Shown in pieces: positions 39,112 to 49,472 of a stretch of 64,000 nucleotides of DNA. The notes under the pieces are model-generated. The model worked only from the letters and a program-made list of their open reading frames with translations. It was not told the DNA's origin and ran no database searches. The first letter of the stretch is position 1. Every line of letters starts with the position of its first letter. The stretch spans positions 9,021,778 through 9,085,777 of the forward strand of contig CM082597.2 of assembly GCA_040954595.2 (NCBI GenBank). Reading direction: 5' to 3'. This DNA comes from Balanoglossus misakiensis. Lineage: Eukaryota; Animalia; Hemichordata. The translations under genes and the position numbers were made by a program.

Positions 39112-40230
39112 GTATGTGTGTATTTGCATAGTATAAAATTGTACATGCTTGTAAACAGAAAAAGGAGTTCTTCATTTGAGCAGGTGAAAGTAGGTCAAGG
39201 TCATTGTTTGGTCGCAGGGTAGGCTTTAGCAGCTAGTCCGTAATGATCAGTAAAATCGAAAGTATTGTTATGTCTTCAATTGTGGATTATTGGTTTCTCA
39301 TGTGACTGCGTTTGTTTTTGAAATACAAGGCCATGAATTTTGTTGATAATTAAGGAAAATTGCTGAGTCAGCATATTCAGTGAGGGTTTATCTGTGGGCA
39401 AAACACTTGTAAAGTTTATCTAAAAAAATACAGTGACCAAACGATATTGATGGATGCATTTATTTTTATTTGATTGAGCTATGTGTAAAATTTCATAGAA
39501 GTAGTAGAAGTGAGTTTTCTAGGTATTCTCAATGTAATTATATGGGAAAAGTCATATGCACAAACTTTTTCCAGTTTTGAAGTTTGTTCAACTTTCCAGA
39601 CTCAATTTGTCAGGTAAAGTGTGTGGTTTCAAAAGGTTCAACTGGAAAAGATTGATGTGGAAAAGTTTTATTTGCTATGGAACCTTGTAAAAAGACGAGG
39701 TTTGTAGGCGATATAATTTCAATGTTGCAATGACCTTTCGAATGAAGATTGTGAAACATAAGTGTAAGACAATGTTATGGCAGGTCAACCCTGTGCCCCT
39801 AGTAGTTATTGATAAGGTGGTGTGACAATAGCCATGTTACTAATTTGTGCAATGTCTTTGTCCAAATGTGACATAAAAATATTATGCAAGTACCTAAATT
39901 TTGCACAATGTATTGAAATTACTACAAATTAATACAAAAGCTTAATTTAACACATTTGCAATGTAAATACTAGTGATAGTACTTATATGTACATGATATA
40001 CACAAAACCAAATTGAATATGACGCAAAATTGACCTGTCATTGGCTGTCATTGTCATAGTACTCATCAAGGGTCAAATAAGGACATGTGATGAAAATTAA
40101 AGTGAACTGTATGTTTTGGTTACAAGTATTCCTTGTGTACCAACACCTATGTAAAATAGTTTTATTCATGTCAAATATATACAAATCGTGTAAGTGCTAA
40201 TTCTCGCTTATCTTTTTTATTCCTAAACAG

Positions 40231-43200
40231 GCTGATGGACCAATCATATCAGCTGGGTGTGATTCTGGTTTGGGTGGATCCAGTAAAGTAAAACACCCTG
40301 TGTTACAAGCTACATTCAAGAAGTCAGATTCATACGGCAATGCCAATAACAATACGTCAATATCGTCAAGCATAGAACCATACAGCAATAATATGTCTAT
40401 ATCTTCAAGTACCATTATCAAAAGTTTTAATACCACGCAATCGGTTACAACCTTCAATAAGAATTCTTCGACCAGTGTGTCAAATCAAAATTCCTCTTGT
40501 ATATACTACAGTGCAAATGATGCACATGACAAACAAGAATTATACTCTTCTCACAATAGTCACACTTTACACTGGGGAAGTTACACAATAGACAGTGTAC
40601 TCCAAGGTAGTTTTCATCAAGGCAATGATATTTTTAGCATAAATTCACGAGGTAGACAATGTATTTGTAATGCCCTTGCTTTCCTTTGCATATCAAAAGA
40701 AAGAGAAATGACATTGACATCTAATGACTTAGATCACATTTTACATGCTGGTGATAATTTGTACATTAAAACCACTAATGACCTCAGAGCAAGTAATAAA
40801 TTATTTTCTGAAATACTAATGTGTGATGAATTGCCCAATACTGTTCACATGAATTCTGTGCAGTACAATATTACACAAGGAAGACTGTACTTTGGTATGT
40901 TAGACTGTATGTCTGACTATGATGAACAAGGATGTATGGTGTTCAGAGATGCTATGATTAACATGTTCAATTCTAGTAACTCAGTTATGTTAACACTTGG
41001 TGGCTACAGCATGGCCCTTTCTGCAACAGATGGCAAATACTTCGTATTTGATTCTCATAGTCGAAACTCACATGGTTTCCAATGTTCTGACGGTTCAAGT
41101 ATGTTATTGAGTTTTCTGACTCTAAATGATTTAACAAACTATTTGTATTCATTATTTCATAACCTTAACCTCAATAACATGACACCTTATGAACTTCAAG
41201 AAATAACCATTCATATAGAGAGTTCATCTTCTCAGAGACTGTATCAACGGACTCAAAGGCATTCAGACCTGTTAGACAACTATTTTGAGTCACAAAAACA
41301 ATTACAAGCTAACAAACAGTGTATGCAAACTTCTCATACCATTGATGCTCTTCCATCAGGTTCATGTAAAAGGAAATCAAGAAAGGTATATGACAGAGAA
41401 TACAAACGGTTGAAAAGACAGGATCCTTCATTTAAAACCAATGAAAGAAAGAGAGACAAGGAGAGAAAATGTGCACAAAGACAAAATCCTGACTTCAAAG
41501 AGCGAGAAAAGTCAAAAGTGAAAGCACATATAAAGACATTGCGCCAGAATGTAGAATACAGAGGCAGAGAAAAGTTATCTCAACAATATCAAAAAAGAAC
41601 AATACGTGCAAACCCACAATTTAGAAACAGAGAGAAGGAAAAATTGCAATCACACATACAAATCCTGCGTCAAAATCCTTCATTCCGAGAGAAAGAAAAG
41701 GTGAAATTAAACTCGCACAAACAAACTCTACGTCAGAATCCCTCATTCCGAGAGAAAGAAAAGGTGAAATTAAACTTGCACAAACAAACTCTACGTCAGA
41801 ATCCCTCATTCCGAGAGAAAGAAAAGGTGAAATTAAACTTGCACAAACAAACTCTACGTCAAAATCCCTCATTCCGAGAGAAAGAAAAGGTGAAATTAAA
41901 CTCGCACAAACAAACTCTACGTCAAAATCCTGCATTCCGGGAGAAGGAAAGGTTGAAATTAAAATCGCACATACAAATCCTGCGTCAAAATCCCTCATTC
42001 CGAGAGAAAGAAAAGGTGAAATTAAACTCGCACAAGCAAACTTTGCGTCAAAATCCTGCATTCCGAGAGAAAGAAAAGGTGAAATTTAAAGCACACATTA
42101 AAACTTTGCGTCAAAATCCTGCATTCCGAGAAAAAGAAAAGCCAAAACTGAGAGAACACATTAAAAGTCTGCGTCAAAATTCTATATTTCGACAAAATGA
42201 GAAAATACAGTCACAGGCACGTATCAAGACTTCACGCAAAAGTAAAACCTTCAAAGAGTACGAAAACAAACAGCAACAGATGTACAGAAAAATGAAGAGA
42301 CAGGATAGACACTTCAGAAAAAAAGAAAACTTACAAAAGAAGTTTGTGAAATGCAGTGAAAAAATTCAAACATTTCAAATTGACAAAAAACAACATGTTA
42401 CACACAATGGTTTTAGCAAACATAGAGGTTTTGAGACACGACAATTATGCGGGGAATCGTTGCAGGCATGCATAAATCTATTTCATAGAACTGTATCACA
42501 AGGCCCTGTCTATGTCTGCTCATCATGTCATCAAACTTGGTTCAGAAAATCTGTTACTCCTGCTGCCAAATTATCTCAACGAGGCATTGCACCAAAATAT
42601 TTGACTGCATACACTTCTGTTGACAATATAGAGTGGGTGTGTAACACATGCTACAGATCCATATCTGCTGGTAAAATCCCCAGATTGTCTATAGCTAATA
42701 ATGTTAATTTCCCTGATATTCCACCACAGTTACAGTTGCACCCTTTGGAAGAAAGATTGATAGCACTCAGAATTCCATTCATGCATATGTGCAGTTTGCC
42801 ACGTGGAGGTCAAAGGTCATTATCTGGTCCAGTAGTCAATATTCCAACAGATATCACCCCTACTGTTAATGCTCTGCCAAGAATGCTAGATGATTCAGCT
42901 ACTATACCAGTAAAACTGAAACGAAAACTATCGTACACGCGAAGTGAATTTACAGAAAATATTCGACCAAATAAAGTGATGGCAGCACTTGTGTGGCTCA
43001 TGAAAAACAGTGTTTTGTACCAAAATTCAGGTATTCCAATTAATCACAACTGGTCTCAGGAATTTGAAAACACAGATAATGATATGGCTGTATTTATTGA
43101 AAATACAAACACTGAACAAGAGCAAGCTGATGATCCTGAATCTGAATCAGATTCTGATTCTGATAAATTCAGTGTGGTTGATCCAGCAGAGGGAGCTGTT

Positions 43201-46200
43201 GCTAATATGGACACTTTACTTGATGATTCAGATTATCGTAATCAAATTTTAACATTTGCACCTGGTGAAGGTCAACGCCCTCTTAGTCTATTCAATGATA
43301 CAGATGCAGAATATCTAGCCTTTCCAACTATATTCTGTGGACAACGCAGAAATATTGATCAAATCCAAACCTCAAATGTACATTACAGTGATGTTTGTAA
43401 ATGGGAATTGCGTAATGTTGATAGACGCGTTGCAAACTCTGTACCAAATATGTTTTTCAAAGTGAAGAAACTGCAGTTAAAACAGATCAGTAGTAAAGTC
43501 CACCTTGCATTGAGACGATGTAAAACTGAAGGCAGAACTTACAAAGTTTCAGATTTATTAAATCCAGAAAGAGTAAGTGATTTACTTAGACTTGATGACG
43601 GATTTTACATATTCAGAGATTTGCGCAATTCACCACCCTATCTAGAAAAGAGGAAGAAAGATGTATTTGCAATGATTAGACAACTTGGTTTACCAACATG
43701 GTTTTGTTCTCTGTCTAGTGCTGACACAAAGTGGATTGAATTACATCAAATACTGGGTACACTTGTAGATGGTAAGAAATATAGTGCTGATGAACTTAAA
43801 GCCATGGATTGGGCTACAAAGTCCAGGTTACTTCAATCTGACCCAGTGACATGTGCTCGTTTCTTTGACCACAGAATTCATGAATTCATCAATACAGTAC
43901 TTAGAGGTCCATGTGATCCATTGGGCAAAATCACTGATTACTTCTACAGAGTGGAATTTCAACAACGTGGCTCACCACACATCCATATGCTAATGTGGAT
44001 TGAGAATGCACCAAATTATCAACAAAACACACCAACAGAAGTGATTGATTTCATTGACAAATATGTATCTTGTTCTTCCAATGTACCAAGTGAAATGGCT
44101 GAAGTATTGAATCTGCAGACACATAAGCACTCGAAGACATGCCGAGTAAAAGGCAAACCTGTATGTCGTTTCGGATACCCAATGCCTCCTATGTCAGAAA
44201 CAATGATTCTCTCACCATTAAATGGTGATCCAGATGAAGAACAACATTACAAACAGAAATATGAAGAAATCAAACAAAAACTGGATGATATGAAAGAAGG
44301 CAAACCAATATCATATGATGACTTCCTATCTACTGAGCTGCAAATCAGTCATGATGAATACATAAAATGCATTCAGAGTTCACTCAAAACTACGACAATA
44401 TTTCTCAAAAGAGAACCAAGTGATTTACGTGTCAATGCCTACATGAAATTATTATTGTCTGCATGGGGAGCAAATCATGATCTACAGTTTGTTTTAGATC
44501 CATACGCCTGTGCCATGTACATTGTATCCTATATCAGTAAATCCCAAAGAGGCATGAGTGCATTACTTGACCAAGCATGCAAAGAAGCCAGAAAAGGCAA
44601 TATGGAACTGAAAGCACAGGTCAGACATATTGGAAATAAATTCCTTAACAATGTAGAAATCAGTGCACAAGAGGCTGCTTACATCATCCTGCAGTTGTCA
44701 CTTACTAAAGCTACAAGACAAGTGGTATTTATAAACACATCACCACCTGATCAAAGAACATTCCTGCTGAAAAGCAAAACTGCCCTTGAGAATACACCAG
44801 CAGAATCTACTGACATAGAAAGTGACAATCTAATCAAACGTTATGCTAGACGGCCAAAGGCATTAGAAAATTGGTGTCTTGCAGATTATGCATCTAAACT
44901 TAGAGTCACATATTCAACCAAATGCACTGATAATTATCCACAAGATATAAATGATGATGATGAGCCTGATTTAGGTGTCGACTCAGAATCTGACAATATG
45001 ACAAATAAAATAAATATCATTCTCAAAAATGGTATGAAAATACAAGAACGTGTAACTCCGTGTATAATACGCTATGTCAATTATAGTAAGAAAGTTGACT
45101 ATGAAAATTACTGTCGTGAAAAATTGTTCCTGTACATGCCATGGAGAAATGAAAGCTCTGACCTCATAAACAGTTGTGCTACATTTCAAGAATCTTATAA
45201 TCACAACAAACACATTATTGCACAAACCATAGATAAGTATGAACATAATTCAGAGTTGATAGATCAAGCCACTACAGCTGCAGAGCAACTTGATAATGAT
45301 GATTTAAATGCATTTGATCAGATTGCTCCAAATACGCAACATGCTGAGAGAGATGATCTAGAAGAAGGAACTACTACACCAAATGATCATTTCATATACT
45401 TTCAACCTGATGACCAACCAGAACATACGACTTATGATATAGGTGTTGACATTGGTATGAATACGACTGTCACCACTGATGACACCAGCAACGTCCCAGG
45501 ACGTATCCCTGATGAACAATATCACAAACTTGTGAGATCTCTCAATGTAAAACAAAGGGAAATATTTCATCATGTTTTGAAATCAGTCAAGACAAATCAT
45601 GATCCAATGCATATATTTATCACAGGGGGTGCTGGTACAGGAAAGTCAGTTGTAATCCGAGCAATATATCAGGCATTACATCGCTATCTGTGTTCAATTG
45701 CTGGTGAATCACCACTCGACTGTCGTTTATTGTTATGTGCGCCAACTGGTAAAGCAGCCTATCATATCAATGGTAGTACTATTCATGCAGCTTTCAAAGT
45801 ACCTGCAAGTCAAGGTTATAAATACAAACCACTGGATAGCGATAAACTTAATACTTTGCGAAGTAAATATCAACATTTATCAGTTGTAATCATTGATGAA
45901 ATCAGCATGGTAGGCCATGAGCTTTTCAATTTCATAAATCTCCGACTTCAACAAATAAAAGGTAACAATCAAATATTTGGTGGTGTTTCAATGATAACTG
46001 TTGGTGATTTATTTCAACTCAAACCAGTAATGGATGGCTGGATATTCAAAGACCTAACAAAAGAGTATGGCCCATTAGCAACTAATCTGTGGAAAGAGCA
46101 TTTTACCATGCATGAACTAACAGAGATCATGAGACAGAAAGATGATGAAGACTTTGCTCAACTATTGAATAGATTGAGAGAAGGAAAGCACACAGATGAA

Positions 46201-47700
46201 GATATTTCTGAATTGCAAAACTATGTAATATCTCATGCTCAACCACTCAACGAGTCCATTCCTCATTTATACACCACCAATGCAATGGTAGAGTCACATA
46301 ATGATAAAGTTTACCAAAATGCTACATCCCATAAACTTGTTGTACCAGCACTGGACACAGTTATTGGTGATGTCTCACAACAAGTGAAAGCACAGATTTT
46401 GAAGACCATTCCAAAAGATCCATCCAAAACATGCGGTTTATTATCACAAGCACCTATAGCTGTTGGACTGCGATATGATCTCACTGCCAATGTTGATGTT
46501 GAGGATGGTATGACAAATGGTGCCAGTTGTGTAGTGCAACAAATAGACCACAGAATGACAGGAACATCAAGCAACCGCCCCAGTATAATTTGGGTTCAAT
46601 TTGATGATAAAAATGTTGGTCTATTAAGAAGACATAAATACAAACATTTGCATCAACCAGAAATTGGTAAACAATTGACTCCAATATTTGACATTAAACG
46701 CCAGTTTCCTACCAGTAAATATTACAAACATGTATCTGTCATGAGAATTCAATTTCCACTTAGACCGTCTGCTGCAAAAACTATTCACAAATCTCAGGGT
46801 GATACACTTGATAAGGTAATAATCCATATGGGTACAAGAAAAATTGACCATATACATTATGTCGCAATAAGTAGAGTGCGTACAATAAGTGGACTTCAGA
46901 TACTGGAGTTGAATAAAAATAAAATCGCAATATCTGAAGCAGTTCACAATGAAATGAAAAGACTCCGTGATGACAGCCAACTTCAATTATGCTTCAAACC
47001 ATTATATGCCCTCCCTCATGACCACTGCAAAGTAGTATATCAAAACGCTAGATCACTCCATAAACATTTTGCAGATTTATGCAGTGACCACAATATAATT
47101 GCTGCTGATGTTATCGGAATTGCTGAATCCAGATTAACAACTAATGATACCAATGAAGCCTACAATCTCCCAAATTATCTACTATTCAGGAATGACCAAG
47201 ATGTGCATATTGACAACACTGCTGTAAATTTCACAAGACCCTATCATGGTCTTGTATTGTATGTCAAAGATTCATATCAAGTGATTCAAATCAAGTGCCA
47301 TTCAACAAAAGTGTTCGAATTTATAAAAGCCAACATCCTAATTCAAAATAAACTACTTCAAATCATTATGATCTATAAATCCCCTCAGTGCACAATCCAC
47401 ACATTCAAACAACAATTTCAACAGTATCTCCTGCCACTACTAGATTTGACAAAACCAATATTAATAATGGGTGACTTTAATTTTGACATTCTACTACCTA
47501 ATACCAGTACTGCTTTCCTCCACTTTATGACATCAATTTGTAACTGTCGGCAACTAATAAAGGAAGAAACAACTGATCAGCATTCTGCTCTGGACTTAAT
47601 TTTTCTTAACTTCTTCACAACTACCTATGACACAATAGAAAACTCATGGTCTGATCACAAGGCCGTGTATGCAGCCATTCACCCCAGCCAATTCACTTGA
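40231..47700 (+). CDS. Helentron Rep/helicase/endonuclease polyprotein, main exon (~2504 aa with exon 1)
   Basis: Uninterrupted ORF. Cys-protease motifs SFHQG, GRQC..N, FVFDSH; 21-aa repeats; CSSC...CNTC; HUH motifs PTWFCSLSSAD, VEFQQRGSPHIHML, YIVSYISK; Pif1 motifs GGAGTGKS, APTGKAA, IIDEISM, GDLFQLKPV, TIHKSQG, YVAISRV; APE motifs QNARSL, AESRL, MGDFN, LDLIF, SDHKAV. Confidence 0.96.
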   Translation, partial: ADGPIISAGCDSGLGGSSKVKHPVLQATFKKSDSYGNANNNTSISSSIEPYSNNMSISSSTIIKSFNTTQSVTTFNKNSSTSVSNQNSSCIYYSANDAHDKQELYSSHNSHTLHWGSYTIDSVLQGSFHQGNDIFSINSRGRQCICNALAFLCISKEREMTLTSNDLDHILHAGDNLYIKTTNDLRASNKLFSEILMCDELPNTVHMNSVQYNITQGRLYFGMLDCMSDYDEQGCMVFRDAMINMFNSSNSVMLTLGGYSMALSATDGKYFVFDSHSRNSHGFQCSDGSSMLLSFLTLNDLTNYLYSLFHNLNLNNMTPYELQEITIHIESSSSQRLYQRTQRHSDLLDNYFESQKQLQANKQCMQTSHTIDALPSGSCKRKSRKVYDREYKRLKRQDPSFKTNERKRDKERKCAQRQNPDFKEREKSKVKAHIKTLRQNVEYRGREKLSQQYQKRTIRANPQFRNREKEKLQSHIQILRQNPSFREKEKVKLNSHKQTLRQNPSFREKEKVKLNLHKQTLRQNPSFREKEKVKLNLHKQTLRQNPSFREKEKVKLNSHKQTLRQNPAFREKERLKLKSHIQILRQNPSFREKEKVKLNSHKQTLRQNPAFREKEKVKFKAHIKTLRQNPAFREKEKPKLREHIKSLRQNSIFRQNEKIQSQARIKTSRKSKTFKEYENKQQQMYRKMKRQDRHFRKKENLQKKFVKCSEKIQTFQIDKKQHVTHNGFSKHRGFETRQLCGESLQACINLFHRTVSQGPVYVCSSCHQTWFRKSVTPAAKLSQRGIAPKYLTAYTSVDNIEWVCNTCYRSISAGKIPRLSIANNVNFPDIPPQLQLHPLEERLIALRIPFMHMCSLPRGGQRSLSGPVVNIPTDITPTVNALPRMLDDSATIPVKLKRKLSYTRSEFTENIRPNKVMAALVWLMKNSVLYQNSGIPINHNWSQEFENTDNDMAVFIENTNTEQEQADDPESESDSDSDKFSVVDPAEGAVANMDTLLDDSDYRNQILTFAPGEGQRPLSLFNDTDAEYLAFPTIFCGQRRNIDQIQTSNVHYSDVCKWELRNVDRRVANSVPNMFFKVKKLQLKQISSKVHLALRRCKTEGRTYKVSDLLNPERVSDLLRLDDGFYIFRDLRNSPPYLEKRKKDVFAMIRQLGLPTWFCSLSSADTKWIELHQILGTLVDGKKYSADELKAMDWATKSRLLQSDPVTCARFFDHRIHEFINTVLRGPCDPLGKITDYFYRVEFQQRGSPHIHMLMWIENAPNYQQNTPTEVIDFIDKYVSCSSNVPSEMAEVLNLQTHKHSKTCRVKGKPVCRFGYPMPPMSETMILSPLNGDPDEEQHYKQKYEEIKQKLDDMKEGKPISYDDFLSTELQISHDEYIKCIQSSLKTTTIFLKREPSDLRVNAYMKLLLSAWGANHDLQFVLDPYACAMYIVSYISKSQRGMSALLDQACKEARKGNMELKAQVRHIGNKFLNNVEISAQEAAYIILQLSLTKATRQVVFINTSPPDQRTFLLKSKTALENTPAESTDIESDNLIKRYARRPKALENWCLADYASKLRVTYSTKCTDNYPQDINDDDEPDLGVDSESDNMTNKINIILKNGMKIQERVTPCIIRYVNYSKKVDYENYCREKLFLYMPWRNESSDLINSCATFQESYNHNKHIIAQTIDKYEHNSELIDQATTAAEQLDNDDLNAFDQIAPNTQHAERDDLEEGTTTPNDHFIYFQPDDQPEHTTYDIGVDIGMNTTVTTDDTSNVPGRIPDEQYHKLVRSLNVKQREIFHHVLKSVKTNHDPMHIFITGGAGTGKSVVIRAIYQALHRYLCSIAGESPLDCRLLLCAPTGKAAYHINGSTIHAAFKVPASQGYKYKPLDSDKLNTLRSKYQHLSVVIIDEISMVGHELFNFINLRLQQIKGNNQIFGGVSMITVGDLFQLKPVMDGWIFKDLTKEYGPLATNLWKEHFTMHELTEIMRQKDDEDFAQLLNRLREGKHTDEDISELQNYVISHAQPLNESIPHLYTTNAMVESHNDKVYQNATSHKLVVPALDTVIGDVSQQVKAQILKTIPKDPSKTCGLLSQAPIAVGLRYDLTANVDVEDGMTNGASCVVQQIDHRMTGTSSNRPSIIWVQFDDKNVGLLRRHKYKHLHQPEIGKQLTPIFDIKRQFPTSKYYKHVSVMRIQFPLRPSAAKTIHKSQGDTLDKVIIHMGTRKIDHIHYVAISRVRTISGLQILELNKNKIAISEAVHNEMKRLRDDSQLQLCFKPLYALPHDHCKVVYQNARSLHKHFADLCSDHNIIAADVIGIAESRLTTNDTNEAYNLPNYLLFRNDQDVHIDNTAVNFTRPYHGLVLYVKDSYQVIQIKCHSTKVFEFIKANILIQNKLLQIIMIYKSPQCTIHTFKQQFQQYLLPLLDLTKPILIMGDFNFDILLPNTSTAFLHFMTSICNCRQLIKEETTDQHSALDLIFLNFFTTTYDTIENSWSDHKAVYAAIHPSQFT
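41416..42330 (+). repeat. In-frame 63-bp (21-aa) coding tandem repeat, about 15 units
   Basis: The RQNPSFREKEKVKLNSHKQTL register is kept from 41416 to 42298; central units are near-identical. Confidence 0.92.
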
Positions 47701-47799
47701 AATTAATCAGTGTTATATTATAGACATAATCATAAAAGACAACACATAAGAATTAAATGACAATAGCAGATTTCAAATACACTTATCTCCCATATTACA

Positions 47800-48130
47800 T
47801 ACATGTATGAGTCAATATGTGCAATTATTGCTACAACACAAACCATTATTACCAAATGTCAGTACCAACATGCCAACGTACAACATTCACAAAGGACAGT
47901 ACACCACTGCCAGATTTTATCTATGTCAATAAACCAGTGTTCATTATGGGGGACTTCAATGGTGACATATCTTTGCCCACCCACAGCAATGGGTACTTTG
48001 AAATGTCAACAACTTAATGAAGAAACAACAGACTACCATTTTGCATTAGTTCTTATACTTGCCAATATACCACATATCAAAACTGGCACCTTGAAAAACA
48101 TTTGGTCAAAACTATACATGCTGCTGTCAC
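47800..48130 (+). pseudogene. Degenerate duplicate of the AP-endonuclease C-terminus
   Basis: KPVFIMGDFN and CQQLNEETTDYHFALVLILAN...TLKNIWS, in different frames, mirror KPILIMGDFN and CRQLIKEETTDQHSALDLIFLN...TIENSWS. Confidence 0.8.
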
Positions 48131-49472
48131 ACTTAATGAAAACAACCTGACAACAACATTACTGTGTCCATCATTGCAATGACAACTGCCCTGTCACATT
48201 ACTAGTTTATTTACATAATCGGTATCTCCCCCTATACACCAAAACGGCACCATTTTATTGCTAACATGTGGTACACATCCCATCACATTGACAGATTACG
48301 AACAAACATCCTGTCGGTCATGCGCAACCGGAAATGTTTTTTAGAACCCTGGAGCAATCGACTTCCTTGGCTTTGAACATGTAAACACGTTCTGCCCCCA
48401 TGTTTTCATCTGCACGCTGGCGGTTACGTCATATTTGTAAACAATATACACGTGTTCCTTTGCGAAACTGTCTTTGTCGGCAATTTCTGTGTATTACTAT
48501 TGGTGCAAATCCATTGTGTCCGTTAATTATTAACTTTTTCACGCGTCGTCTTCGGAAAGTCCACTCATACACTTCTGCGAGCTCACCGCATTCGCTCACT
48601 GACTCCTGAAACTACAACATCGCGTCGCTTTCAACTTTCCAGCGCACATCGGTCATCGTACCACACTTTTCCACCTTTTTCATCCAGAACAACAAGCCGC
48701 ACAGACTATATCTACACAGTCTAGTTCACCGCAAGTACCACACTCACACAGTAAGTTATACTTTATTTTTTATTTCCTTGCTTTGGTTCATTATGCCACA
48801 CTGTGTACGAAAAATTCACGGGTGCTTAATCTACAGTGAAAGCCAACTCTATTGGTCAAATACCGCGGGACATTTCAAGGCCCCACCATTTGACCTACCA
48901 CCCCACTGTCGTTTCGTTCAACGTCAACAAAATATCGGTACGCCAATTGGCTCTCTTTGGAATATTCATAACCAGACAATTACGTCTGCAAAGCTCGGCC
49001 CATGCACTGCTCTCCGTACATTACAAAATCTGTCGTTCAGTTTTCCCCCCAAAAAGCTGTACACACATTCGCAACTGTTAACTGACGCAACACACGAACA
49101 AGTTTTGCCAATTGGCGCAAACATCCGCCGTGTCTCATTTTCAACAATACGCTTGTACTACTGCTCTCCAGTTAACAGCACTCATTGCGCCCATTTCAAA
49201 CTTTTTGGTGACCCGTGTGAATTCTTCGACACATTACAATTGGTAATGTCATTTGAACATCAACTACCGGAGACTCTTCATTCTGAAACTTTCAATGCAA
49301 ACCTGATCGCTGATGAGACCCTCACGTCCGATTTGTGGCAACTACATGCCAATCTATTAATCCTTTCGTTTGGCGTTTTCCCCTTGATGATATAGTTTCC
49401 ACCCTCATGTACATTCAACCACTGATCGTGAAACCACAGTCTCATAATTTCACCTTTGTTTCTTCCGTACAG

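Noticed and set aside
40270-47700. Host PIF1 gene or endogenous herpesvirus
   Set aside because: The helicase is fused to an HUH Rep and an AP endonuclease within Helentron termini, and no viral core genes are present.
48778-49395. 205-aa ORF upstream of the RPA-like gene
   Set aside because: Non-ATG start, no recognisable motif, and it lies inside the predicted intron 48751-49472.
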